Assembly: GCA_023255625.1 (NCBI GenBank)
Contig: JAHFLF010000001.1
Location: 94,255-158,254, forward strand
DNA length: 64,000 nt
DNA from: Candidatus Harrisonbacteria bacterium
GTDB lineage: Bacteria; Patescibacteriota; Minisyncoccia; UBA6257; 1-14-0-10-44-23
Direction of reading: 5' to 3'
Part shown: positions 1 through 8,622 of the stretch, piece after piece
How positions within the stretch are numbered: the first letter of the stretch is position 1
Layout: each line of letters begins with the position of its first letter
Program-made: the position numbers and the translations under genes
The notes under the pieces: generated by a model
What the model saw: the letters and a program-made list of their open reading frames with translations, nothing else
Told to the model about the DNA's origin: nothing
Databases searched by the model: none

Positions 1-219
1 TTTAACTGCCTTCGCCGCAAGATTCACAACATCTTCTTCTTGCGCCACATCAGTCAAAACTGGTAGCGCGCCCAATTCTTTACAAACTTCTTCAAGCTCA
101 GTTTTTGACCGTGCCGCCAAAACTAACTTTGACTTCCGCGAAGCAAAATCCTGCGCAAGGGCCTTCCCTAATCCTTTACTTGCGCCAGTGATGACAACAA
201 CTTTATTTTGTAGAGTCAT
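1..219 (-). CDS. SDR-family oxidoreductase, N-terminal part (runs off the window)
   Basis: Manual translation MTLQNKVVVITGASKGLGKALAQ... contains the TGxxxGxG Rossmann motif. Confidence 0.85.
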   Translation of the reverse strand, partial: MTLQNKVVVITGASKGLGKALAQDFASRKSKLVLAARSKTELEEVCKELGALPVLTDVAQEEDVVNLAAKAVK

Positions 220-226
220 AGTTGGA

Positions 227-964
227 TTATTCCCCTAATCCTAGAGTTTCGTAGTGTTCTAAATTTTCACACAATTTGATGGCAAGATCGGTTAACCTAA
301 AATTGTGTTCAGCAACTCCACTTCTGTCACTATGCCGTCTTCCAGAAATCAATTTATATTCCATCAACACTCCCTCATCGTGCTCAACGAGACTAGATAA
401 CTTATGTCCCATTCTATTAGCAATATCGCTGAGCCAACCCCCTGCGGAGGCCGGCCCGCCGCCCGGATGTGCTTTTCGTGCTTCAGAGGCAACCTTCAAA
501 ATTAATAACTGAAAACCGCTTAATTTCTTAACAATCTGCAGCAACTGATAGTTGATTAATTCTTCACCCTCATTAACATCCACCGCATTCACAGCAAAAA
601 ACATTGCTTTCACAGCCAAGAATCTTTCCTCGTCAGGAGATTCGCTATCAATAAACTCCAAAATCTCTTTTAGAGTCTGAAAACCGTATTTTGTCTCAGC
701 ATAGTCCTCCTTGATTTTTCCTTTCTCGACTAAAGTATTAATTTCCCTGCCAAACTGTTTCATCAGATTCCCCTTGATTGCACCTTGGACAATTCTTGCT
801 CCCGCAGTAATTAAACCGTTGACGCCTAGCTCAAGTCCACCCGTTATCGCTTCTGCGATTTTAATCTTTGGTTGTTCTAAAAATTGAGCGAGGCTTTTGG
901 AGTCGCGAAAAGGAACTATCTCTAATTTTTCCGAAGGAATCAGTGATTTCTTAATTTTCTTCAT
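227..964 (-). CDS. hypothetical protein
   Basis: 245-aa ORF, no family recognised. Confidence 0.65.
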   Translation of the reverse strand: MKKIKKSLIPSEKLEIVPFRDSKSLAQFLEQPKIKIAEAITGGLELGVNGLITAGARIVQGAIKGNLMKQFGREINTLVEKGKIKEDYAETKYGFQTLKEILEFIDSESPDEERFLAVKAMFFAVNAVDVNEGEELINYQLLQIVKKLSGFQLLILKVASEARKAHPGGGPASAGGWLSDIANRMGHKLSSLVEHDEGVLMEYKLISGRRHSDRSGVAEHNFRLTDLAIKLCENLEHYETLGLGE

Positions 965-974
965 AAAAATAGCT

Positions 975-1099
975 GCGCTCTCACGGGGAATCGCCCGCGC
1001 CTCTTGTGCTCGTCAGCCACTCGCACAAGGTCTGGGCACCGCCTCCCTCGTTTTTCTTGCTAGAAAAACTCAGTCCGGCGATTCGATTCCCCTTTGAGA
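975..1099. repeat. 19-bp duplicate of the tRNA-Glu 3' end forming the arm of a two-hairpin foldback element
   Basis: GCGCTCTCACGGGGAATCG at 975-993 equals 1146-1164; near-complementary arm CGATTCCCCTTTGAGA ends at 1099. Confidence 0.75.
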
Positions 1100-1105
1100 A
1101 AACAA

Positions 1106-1144
1106 TAACACAAAAAGACTAGCAGATGCTAGTTTTTTTGTGTT
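1106..1144. terminator. hairpin with A/T tails downstream of tRNA-Glu
   Basis: AACACAAAAAGACTAGC...GCTAGTTTTTTTGTGTT. Confidence 0.6.
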
Positions 1145-1146
1145 AG

Positions 1147-1219
1147 CGCTCTCACGGGGAATCGAACCCCGATTTCGCCCGTGAGAGGGGCGCTTCCTAA
1201 GCCATTAGAAGATGAGAGC
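1147..1219 (-). tRNA. tRNA-Glu(CTC)
   Basis: Cloverleaf; anticodon arm CGCCC-CT-CTC-AC-GGGCG; T-loop GTTCGATTC. Confidence 0.95.
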
Positions 1220-1304
1220 AGTGGAAATATAATACATAATTTTTCACTCAAAGGCAACTTTTAATTGACAAAGGAATATATTAGGTTACATTCTTTTTCT
1301 GCTA

Positions 1305-1332
1305 TGTTACAGCGTACTAGTACGCTGTAACA
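1305..1332. repeat. perfect 28-bp palindrome, copy 1
   Basis: TGTTACAGCGTACTAGTACGCTGTAACA; identical copy at 14195-14222. Confidence 0.9.
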
Positions 1333-1349
1333 ATAGATATATCTCAAGA

Positions 1350-1470
1350 GAAACGGATAGCGGCAAGCTGCTAGGCGGCCCTCTCGCAGGCCGAGGAGGC
1401 CGAGAGGAGTCGCTGCGCGAGCCGCGCGCAGATAGACGGGGCCGGTCTGCAGTTTACCGCTGTCCGTTTC
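1350..1470 (+). repeat. Y-shaped palindromic element (divergent copy)
   Basis: Arms GAAACGGATAGCGGCAAGCTGC / GCAGTTTACCGCTGTCCGTTTC around core TCTCGCAGGCCGAGGAGGCCGAGAG. Confidence 0.6.
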
Positions 1471-2791
1471 ATCGCCGCACCAAATCCTCCGGCCCGGCTC
1501 TGCGCAAAACCGCTACGGCCTTTTCCAAATGAATCCCGTGCGAGGCCTTTACCAGCACTAAATCACCTGGCTTGATGAGGGTGGGAAGCTGGCCAAGAAC
1601 CTCATCAACCGATTGCGCTAAAACAATATGTTTCTTGGCAATCTTTCCTTTTGCAGCCATCTCTCCGTATGCCGCAGCGGCGGGGCCAACGGCAATAACT
1701 ACATCAAAGACCTTTGCGGCAAGCTCCCCTATTTTTTTATGCGCAGCCGGTGAAAAACTGCCAAGCTCAAGCATGTCGCCGATAATAGCAACCTTGCGTT
1801 TTGCCTTTATAGATTGCACCGTTTCAATGGCAAGATTCATAGAAAGTGGCGAGGCATTGTAACTATCATCAATCAAAACTGAATCATTGATGCCGCGTAA
1901 AAATTGCATTCGCTGCGCTAGAGGTTTGTAATATAAAAGGGCTTGCGAGATATCCACGAGGTTCATGCTAAAGGCCAGCCCGACGCAGCCGGCGGCGGCG
2001 GCAGAATATGCCTGTGCGGCTCCGAGTGCGCCGTTAATCCGTACCGGCACAAACGCACCGTCGTAGCCCAGCTTAAAAGTAATGCCGATCGGTCGCAACT
2101 CACCATCACGCTCCTCAATCTTATTTTCAAAATCAATAATCCGAATATCGGCTTTCTCGGAAAACCCGTAGGTAAGAGCGGTAGCCCTGGTCTTGTGTTG
2201 CATTGCCAGCACTCGCTGTTCATCAGCATTTAAAATCACTAAGCCGCTGGCCGCCACGGCTTCAACAAGTTTAGATTTTTCTCTCGCCACCTGCTCCGGT
2301 GAATCATAAAATTGAACATGCACCGGCACATCGCCCACCGCTGTAACTACTGCAATATTTGGCTTAACTATGCCGGTCAAATAGGTCAGATCACCCGGCT
2401 TGTCTGCGCCATACTCCAAAACAAGAACCTCCGGATATAAGCCACGCCAACCGAACAACAAACGGAAAAAACTCACGAAGATAACGCGTGCAAAAAAACG
2501 AGCTTTTTGAAAATTGCTGGGCGGTACTGCCACATCTCTACCGATAACCCGCAGGTCTTTTGCCGTCCAGTCACCCAAAATTGTCAGAGCAACTCCGTAC
2601 TCGGCATTAAAATTTCCGACATTGCAACGAGCCCGCTTACGGGTCGCAACAACCGCAAAAATTTGCTCTTTTGTAGAAGTCTTGCCGACGCTACCGGTAA
2701 CGCCAACAACAACCGGTTTAAATTTCCGAATATGCCTGCTCGCTAGCCAGTTAATAATCCTAACCAGCTTATTGATAAGCCACTTTCGCAT
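1469..2791 (-). CDS. murF: UDP-N-acetylmuramoyl-tripeptide--D-Ala-D-Ala ligase
   Basis: GVTGSVGKTSTKE, DDSYNASP, GDMLELG and LVKASHG motifs; dcw context. Confidence 0.92.
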   Translation of the reverse strand: MRKWLINKLVRIINWLASRHIRKFKPVVVGVTGSVGKTSTKEQIFAVVATRKRARCNVGNFNAEYGVALTILGDWTAKDLRVIGRDVAVPPSNFQKARFFARVIFVSFFRLLFGWRGLYPEVLVLEYGADKPGDLTYLTGIVKPNIAVVTAVGDVPVHVQFYDSPEQVAREKSKLVEAVAASGLVILNADEQRVLAMQHKTRATALTYGFSEKADIRIIDFENKIEERDGELRPIGITFKLGYDGAFVPVRINGALGAAQAYSAAAAGCVGLAFSMNLVDISQALLYYKPLAQRMQFLRGINDSVLIDDSYNASPLSMNLAIETVQSIKAKRKVAIIGDMLELGSFSPAAHKKIGELAAKVFDVVIAVGPAAAAYGEMAAKGKIAKKHIVLAQSVDEVLGQLPTLIKPGDLVLVKASHGIHLEKAVAVLRRAGPEDLVRR

Positions 2792-2851
2792 ATCTTCATC
2801 TTAAACGATGATGCTCAAAGCGCCAAATGCGTCGCGCCCGGACGCTTCTGG

Positions 2852-4489
2852 CTACCGGCCCGAACGGTCGGGCGCGACGGTATAATAATTTAAAATAAAC
2901 TCCGCCAGTTCGCGGAAGGCCGGCACAACTGTGGTTCCGGCTAGCGGCGCATCCTTTGGTTCGTCGAGCTTTATCAGAGCAATGAAACGCGGTTTTGAGG
3001 CCGGCGCAAATCCTATATAAGTGTTAATCACCTTGTCGGTGTAACCACCTTTTTGAAAATCGGGCTTGAAAGCTGTTCCCGTTTTACCGGCCACCGCGTA
3101 TTGCGGCAAATCGGCTACTTTGGCCTTTTGTACCGCCGAAACCATCATCTGCGTAACCTGCGCGGCTGTTTCAGTGCTAATCACTCTGCGAGATGTTTTC
3201 AGCTGTGCGCCTTCAAGAATATACGGCTCCACAAGCACTCCTCCGTTTGCGATAGCACCTAACGCAGAAATCAAACGAATCGGAGTAACCGCCACGCCCT
3301 GCCCATACGAAGCGGTGGCAAAGTTAATATCCCGCGGATATTTTTCGAGTGGTGTGAGTCGACCGGTAGTTTCGCCCGGTAGCTCGATGCCCGTAAGCTC
3401 CTTGATGCCGAACTTCAATAAATATTCATAAAACTTTTTGTGCCCAATCTTTTTTTCGGCAAAAACTGTACCGGTATTAACCGACTGTTCAATCACATTG
3501 GTCATTGTTAATGTACCGTGCGCTTTTAAATCCCAATTTTTAATCGTCTTACCGTCAGCCGTAAAAAAGCCGGGATCATAATAAGTAGTATCCGGAGTAA
3601 TCGCGCCGGTATCAATCCCGATCGCCATAGTAATCGGCTTAAAAACTGACCCGGGCTCATATAGACCCTGGACAGTCGGGTTGGTGAAAGTCATAAGTGG
3701 ACTTTGGGCATAATTGTTCGGATCAAAGGTCGGCGAATTAGCCATGGCCAAAACCTTGCCAGTAGATGGTTCAAGAACGATGACGCTGCCGCCGATTGCT
3801 CCTTTGCTTAAAACCAGATCGTCTAAAATTTGTTCTGCCCGCTGCTCAATGTTTTGATCAATCGTCAATTTTATTTCCCTGCCCGGCTGGGGTGCAATGA
3901 CTGTCTGATCATCCTGAACTTGGCCAGCGACACCGCCGAGCGCCTCATCCCAATACTGCTCAATACCATACTGACCAACGGCCGGATGTGCTTCGTCTGG
4001 CTGACTGACAAAACCAACTACTTGTGAAGCGAGCCGGCCGAAAGGATATTGCCGAGCCCGCCGGGTCGTCGTATATATCCCCTTCACTGCCTGCTGTTCC
4101 ACGGATGCAACCTGGACATCAGTGGCTTTTGCAATCAGCTCTTCGTACTGATCGCCAGGTTTAGAGAATCTAGTAATCAATTCGTCAACCGGAATATCCA
4201 CCAACTCCGAAATTTGTCCGGCCGCCTCTGCGGCATCTTCAATTTCCTTAGGTACAGCAAAAATAACTTGATGATCTTGGTTTACCGCCAGCGGTATTGA
4301 TCGCCCGTCTTTATCCGAAATCGAGATTGCACCGCGCTCGGCAATGAGGTCAGTCCGCAGCCGCTGCTGTGCATTTGCCCGCGCAGTATAAAGATCCTGC
4401 TGCATTACCTGCATATGATACAGAGTGCCGATCAAAAACAAAAAACAGCAGGCAATGCCAAAAAAAATAACTGCAAACCGAACCTTCAT
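2852..4489 (-). CDS. ftsI: class B penicillin-binding protein (FtsI/PBP2 type)
   Basis: EPGSVFK (SxxK), SVN and KTGT motifs; N-terminal TM; follows ftsL. Confidence 0.88.
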   Translation of the reverse strand: MKVRFAVIFFGIACCFLFLIGTLYHMQVMQQDLYTARANAQQRLRTDLIAERGAISISDKDGRSIPLAVNQDHQVIFAVPKEIEDAAEAAGQISELVDIPVDELITRFSKPGDQYEELIAKATDVQVASVEQQAVKGIYTTTRRARQYPFGRLASQVVGFVSQPDEAHPAVGQYGIEQYWDEALGGVAGQVQDDQTVIAPQPGREIKLTIDQNIEQRAEQILDDLVLSKGAIGGSVIVLEPSTGKVLAMANSPTFDPNNYAQSPLMTFTNPTVQGLYEPGSVFKPITMAIGIDTGAITPDTTYYDPGFFTADGKTIKNWDLKAHGTLTMTNVIEQSVNTGTVFAEKKIGHKKFYEYLLKFGIKELTGIELPGETTGRLTPLEKYPRDINFATASYGQGVAVTPIRLISALGAIANGGVLVEPYILEGAQLKTSRRVISTETAAQVTQMMVSAVQKAKVADLPQYAVAGKTGTAFKPDFQKGGYTDKVINTYIGFAPASKPRFIALIKLDEPKDAPLAGTTVVPAFRELAEFILNYYTVAPDRSGR

Positions 4490-4821
4490 GGTTTAAAAAA
4501 AGTTACCCGTTGATCGTCGCGAACCGACCCGTCTGCCAAAAATGTAAGATAGCCGGGATTACTGTCTTTGATGTAACCAAGCCGCTCAACTGCTATGGTC
4601 AAAGAGCGGCTATCAATCAAAGTGTACAAATCATTTTTCAATTTTGTGTTTTCAACTTTCAATGTGTCAACTGATTTTACATACTGACTTGCTCTTTGGC
4701 GCCCGTCGACCATCCGATTGTATAAAAAAATGCTCGCCAGACAAAATACCACCATCGCCCCCAGCAATACCTTGATTGCGCGGGCTGAATATCGTCCTGG
4801 TTTAGAGTGGGAAATGGTCAT
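4486..4821 (-). CDS. ftsL: FtsL-like cell division protein
   Basis: TM plus coiled coil, located between rsmH and ftsI. Confidence 0.6.
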   Translation of the reverse strand: MTISHSKPGRYSARAIKVLLGAMVVFCLASIFLYNRMVDGRQRASQYVKSVDTLKVENTKLKNDLYTLIDSRSLTIAVERLGYIKDSNPGYLTFLADGSVRDDQRVTFFKP

Positions 4822-4861
4822 AGAGCTACGAATAACGAATTTTTACGAAAGTACGAAGAAA

Positions 4862-5854
4862 TCATAGAAATCGGATTGCTCGGAGCTTTGCTGAACGAGA
4901 GCGTGGATTTGCAGCTAACTCTTGCTCGCTCGCTGTTATCGGCTTTTTAGTAATCAATTGCGCCGCTAGTCCCGACGCAACGACGGAGTTCGGTGTCTCC
5001 CCAGAATGGGCTAAACCGCTGTTGCGGTCGCCACGCACCGAACGCCCGTCGTTATTTCGCACTAGCTGCTGAAAATGATGTTTAACGATTCTGTCCTCGA
5101 GCGAATGAAAGCTGATCACGGCGACACGACCGCCTTTCGCCATCATCTCCGGCAGCCGCCCGAGCAGCTCCTCGAGCTGACGCAACTCGCCGTTTGTATA
5201 AATCCGGAGCGCCTGGAAAGTGCGCGTCGCGGGATTAATTCGACCGTTTTCATAATTAGCCGGCACAGCTTTCTTGATCGCAGCTACTAGTTGTCCGGTT
5301 GTTGCAATCCCCTCATGTCTGGCGGCGCTTGCTATGCAATTTGCAATTTGCCCGCTGTATCGCTCCTCGCCATATTCGCGGATGATCGCAGCTAAATCTT
5401 TCTCGGACAACTCGGCCAGAAGTTCGGCAAGCGGCCGGGTATTATCGTCATAAGTCATGAGCAGCGGCTCGTCGGTCATGAAGCTAAACCCTCGGCCGGA
5501 CAAAGTTCCACCGGTAATCTGTTCTGAAGAAAAACCCAGGTCGATCAATAAACCATCTAGTTTATTGATCCCGAACCGTTTCATCAGTTCCGGCAGCTGC
5601 ACATAATTTGCTGGCTCAATCAACAAACGAACGGTGGTCTGCGGCTGCAAAGTTTTTGCAGCTTGCTCTATCGCCCGCCGGTCGCGATCGACTGCCAAAA
5701 GTGTTCCACCGGGCTTGCCCGCCGCGGCGGGCGTTATGCGCACTAGTATTTCTCGGGCGTGCCCTCCGCCGCCAAGCGTACCGTCAGCAAAAATCTCGCC
5801 GGGCTTTGGCTCGAGAACCTCTAACACTTCTTGTAAAAGAACGGGAATGTGCAT
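4862..5854 (-). CDS. rsmH: 16S rRNA m4C1402 methyltransferase with in-frame palindromic inserts
   Basis: HIPVLL, DGTLGGGGH, ISFHSLEDRIVK, NPRSRSAKLR. Confidence 0.95.
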   Translation of the reverse strand: MHIPVLLQEVLEVLEPKPGEIFADGTLGGGGHAREILVRITPAAAGKPGGTLLAVDRDRRAIEQAAKTLQPQTTVRLLIEPANYVQLPELMKRFGINKLDGLLIDLGFSSEQITGGTLSGRGFSFMTDEPLLMTYDDNTRPLAELLAELSEKDLAAIIREYGEERYSGQIANCIASAARHEGIATTGQLVAAIKKAVPANYENGRINPATRTFQALRIYTNGELRQLEELLGRLPEMMAKGGRVAVISFHSLEDRIVKHHFQQLVRNNDGRSVRGDRNSGLAHSGETPNSVVASGLAAQLITKKPITASEQELAANPRSRSAKLRAIRFL

Positions 5855-5856
5855 GC

Positions 5857-5949
5857 TGGTTAGTTAGTTGACTGGTTAGCTGGTTAGTTCGTCGTCTTGG
5901 GTAATCAGTTTTTACTAATTAACCAACTAACGAACTAACTAATTAACTA
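5857..5949. repeat. degenerate (TTAG)n...(CTAA)n foldback repeat
   Basis: GGTTAGTTAGTTGACTGGTTAG...ACTAATTAACCAACTAACGAACTAACT; similar tracts near 17977, 27112, 34884, 53070, 53827. Confidence 0.75.
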
Positions 5950-6381
5950 AATCCCTAGTTCCCCCAACCGCTCCGCAATCTCACTCGGCGCAGATTCAAT
6001 CTTTGCTTTGTCTGCGTTCCACGCATCTTCGTCCCAGATCTCTAAGCGGCTATACACGCCGGCAATAACCGCCATTTTTTTGAGGCCTGCGTAGGTACGC
6101 AAAAACTCCGGCACAAGCACGCGACCCTGCGAATCAAGCTCAACCTCGCTTGCACCGGCCAGCATCAAACGCTGAAACGAACGCGCATTAGGATTTGTAA
6201 ACGGCATGGCTTTAATTTTCTGCGCCATTTGCTCCCACTCTGGTTGCGTGAAAACATACAAACACTTATCAAGACCACGCGTGATCACGGCATGCTGGCT
6301 CAAATCAGAACGAAACTTCGCCGGCACCGCCAGCCGTCCTTTGTCGTCTATAGAGTGTTTGTATTCGCCGATGAATGCCAT
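5947..6381 (-). CDS. mraZ: transcriptional regulator MraZ
   Basis: DDKGRL and DSQGRV repeats; upstream of rsmH. Confidence 0.96.
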   Translation of the reverse strand: MAFIGEYKHSIDDKGRLAVPAKFRSDLSQHAVITRGLDKCLYVFTQPEWEQMAQKIKAMPFTNPNARSFQRLMLAGASEVELDSQGRVLVPEFLRTYAGLKKMAVIAGVYSRLEIWDEDAWNADKAKIESAPSEIAERLGELGI

Positions 6382-6447
6382 GCCGATTATTTCTAAATTT
6401 TTGAGCTTTGCGATAAAAATTTTGCTAAAGAATCGAGCACCCCGCCC

Positions 6448-6672
6448 CTACACACCAAGCCTCTTTCGCAGATTGCGCCAACCGCCGCCATACTGCTTCA
6501 AGGTCAGTTCTCGCTCACGCGCTAAATCTTGGGTCGCGTAAGCTTCGTAATACAACAGCTTCCATCCCTTATGCTGGTTACGCCCATGCTCAACGAGGCG
6601 GCGGCGCAAATCTGCTGTATAACCGATGTAGAAATTTTTTGGTGGTGAAGTGAGAATATATAGGTAAAACAT
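6448..6672 (-). CDS. small GIY-YIG nuclease
   Basis: YLYIL...YIGYTADLRRRLVEH...YYEAY...ARERE; flanked by 15-bp inverted repeats. Confidence 0.88.
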   Translation of the reverse strand: MFYLYILTSPPKNFYIGYTADLRRRLVEHGRNQHKGWKLLYYEAYATQDLARERELTLKQYGGGWRNLRKRLGV

Positions 6673-6755
6673 ATTGGTGTAGGGGCGGGGTAACTAGTTT
6701 GTGGTTGCTCGGATACTCGCAAACAAACTAAGTTATCCCCTGATTTCGTACTTAT

Positions 6756-6819
6756 CCCCACCTTTCTCCACAGTTCCCCACTCACACTCCGAGTATGCCA
6801 CACTCTCCCACAGCGTCAA
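6756..6819 (-). promoter_or_regulatory. dcw promoter and MraZ-binding boxes
   Basis: GTGGGG/GTGGAG/GTGGGG at 10-bp spacing; TTGACG...CATACT upstream. Confidence 0.75.
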
Positions 6820-6912
6820 ACCTAAACTGTGGATAGCTTGTGTACAAAAAATCCCCGCCGAACAGGAAATGTCCGGTGGGGAATTTTTATGACTTATTTA
6901 ACTAAACTATCT

Positions 6913-7161
6913 TTATTTAAAAAGTTTGTGATACCAGCGAACAAATATTGTCTTTATAAAATTTTCTGCTCCCTTCGAAGCATTCTCATTTTTGACCTCC
7001 TTGCGCATTTGCGTATAATCATTTGGCAAAGCATTGACCTCGTGCCGTGCAAAATCAAAAATCTTTTTTATGCCAGCGATCGTAAATACAAAAACGCCGA
7101 TCCAATACAAAATCCATGCACCGATAATGCCGGCCAGAATCCATAGAATGGTTGAAAGCAT
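6913..7161 (-). CDS. small membrane protein
   Basis: 82 aa with a hydrophobic N-terminus. Confidence 0.55.
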   Translation of the reverse strand: MLSTILWILAGIIGAWILYWIGVFVFTIAGIKKIFDFARHEVNALPNDYTQMRKEVKNENASKGAENFIKTIFVRWYHKLFK

Positions 7162-7205
7162 TGAGTAATATTAATACGCCCGTTTCGTTATAGCAATCAA
7201 GGAAA

Positions 7206-7453
7206 GCTCTTTAACATAACTTCAATCCTGCGCTCGCGCTGGGATTCTTTCAACCCTGAAGATGTGCGCTCCGATTTTTAAGACCATCCCGAAGGGTGAG
7301 CCCGGTCTTAAAAATCGGAGCGCACATCAAAAAATCAATCCCTGCTCTGGCGCAGGAGGGAGTCGTCAACAATTAGTTGACGGATTGCGATGCCCGGAAG
7401 AATTTCGGGCAAGGTCACGCGATCTCAAAAACACTCTGCCCTGCTCATTGCAT
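7206..7453 (+). promoter_or_regulatory. boxA-containing structured leader or ncRNA
   Basis: GCTCTTTAACA at 7206-7216, perfect 25-bp stem 7261-7328, several further hairpins. Confidence 0.6.
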
Positions 7454-7609
7454 ATGAGCAAAGCAATTGGTTTGATGATCGTGATCATCACCTTCGCCAT
7501 CTTTCTGCCGAATGTCTTTCATTCGGTTGAAACTCTGCTCCTGAAGTCGCTCGAGCTTGCCAACGCATCGCTCGACAACCTCGCTTCTATTGGACACCTT
7601 GTTCAGTAG
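7454..7609 (+). CDS. small membrane protein (51 aa)
   Basis: MSKAIGLMIVIITFAIFLP...; followed by a terminator. Confidence 0.6.
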   Translation: MSKAIGLMIVIITFAIFLPNVFHSVETLLLKSLELANASLDNLASIGHLVQ

Positions 7610-7615
7610 AGCTTG

Positions 7616-7654
7616 AGCACACAACCACCCTTCCGGTGGTTGTGCTCGTTTTTA
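7616..7654 (+). terminator. intrinsic terminator
   Basis: GAGCACACAACCACC...GGTGGTTGTGCTC followed by GTTTTT. Confidence 0.7.
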
Positions 7655-8194
7655 CGAATTCTCAATCCAAAATCGCATTTTGCGCGGCGTACCCTCGCCG
7701 ACGTCAAGAACATTTTCAAGTTTACCACCGCAGGATTCAATAATTTTGCGTGACGGCTCATTTGTTTCGTCGCAGGTAAGCAGCACCCGCGTAATTCCAA
7801 GAGAACGAGCAATCGGAAGCGCCTGCTCTAAAAGTAATTTTCCATATCCTCTCCTGCGTGCCCATGGCACAACATCATAGCCAATGTGCCCGCCCGTGCT
7901 CGCTAATTTTTCACTCAGCACGTGGCGGATGCTTACCCGACCCGCATACTTACCGTCAACAATCAGCCAGCGAGTGGTTGCCGGAACATGCTCACCATCT
8001 TTCGTGCGCCACCCATTATCAAATCGGTCGTGAAGGTGTGTAGCAAAATCCCGCTCCACCTCTTCAAGGTTGACTTCTAGATACCGCCCTTCTTGCTGAA
8101 GCTCCCGAATACCAGCAATATAACTTTCCTTATACTGCTGCGATGGCGGAACCAGCTGAACTCCTTTTTCAAAATTTTCTAATGTTCCTGACAT
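7652..8194 (-). CDS. GNAT-family N-acetyltransferase
   Basis: GGHIGYDV, RRRGYG, LTCDETNEPSRKIIE; likely start at 8194 because the upstream extension is tRNA-like sequence. Confidence 0.88.
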   Translation of the reverse strand: MSGTLENFEKGVQLVPPSQQYKESYIAGIRELQQEGRYLEVNLEEVERDFATHLHDRFDNGWRTKDGEHVPATTRWLIVDGKYAGRVSIRHVLSEKLASTGGHIGYDVVPWARRRGYGKLLLEQALPIARSLGITRVLLTCDETNEPSRKIIESCGGKLENVLDVGEGTPRKMRFWIENS

Positions 8195-8196
8195 AG

Positions 8197-8425
8197 TGCG
8201 CGTTGCTGGGATCGGACCAGCGGCCTTTTCAACTTCGCCCCGTACCGTGATGGGCATACTTTGTGGGCACTACAGGGATTGAACCTGTGACCTTTCCAAT
8301 GTGAATGGAACGCTCTACCACTGAGCTAAGTGCCCATCTCTGGTACGGGGTGTGAACCCCAGTAGTAGAACCTACTGGTTCACTACGGGGCACGGTGAAA
8401 CGCTCTACCACTGAGCTAAAGACGC
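8197..8425 (-). pseudogene. split outer tRNA-Val-like gene enclosing the intact tRNA-Val
   Basis: 5' half GCGTCTTTAGCTCAGTGGTAGAGCGTTTCA (8425-8396); 3' half TGAAAAGGCCGCTGGTCCGATCCCAGCAACGCGCA (8231-8197). Confidence 0.65.
8264..8335 (-). tRNA. tRNA-Val(CAC), intact
   Basis: GGGCACTTAGCTCAGTGGTAGAGCG-TTCCA-TTCACAT-TGGAA...GGTTCAATCC...GTGCCCA. Confidence 0.95.
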
Positions 8426-8580
8426 CCTTCTTCGCTTGGTTTGGTAACCAAGCTTCGCAAGGGCAAGCAACAATGAATATCACTGCTTGTCCCTCCGGAG
8501 CTTGAGTGCCAACGAGAGCGTAGGGGGAAGCTAAAGACGCCCTACTTCGCTAAACCCTACTGAAGCTTCGCAGGGCAAGC
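8414..8580. repeat. cluster of three CTTCGC...GCTTCG REP-like hairpins with a duplicated tRNA 5' end
   Basis: AGCTAAAGACGCCC...CTTCGCT...AAGCTTCGCA..GGGCAAGC twice, with an inverted copy between. Confidence 0.7.
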
Positions 8581-8622
8581 GTAGAACGAGTATAAACAAA
8601 AGAAACCCTTTATTCAAGCAAA

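Noticed and set aside
8232-8396. Group I intron in tRNA
   Set aside because: The insert is only about 165 nt and consists of a tRNA plus short hairpins, with no catalytic core elements visible.
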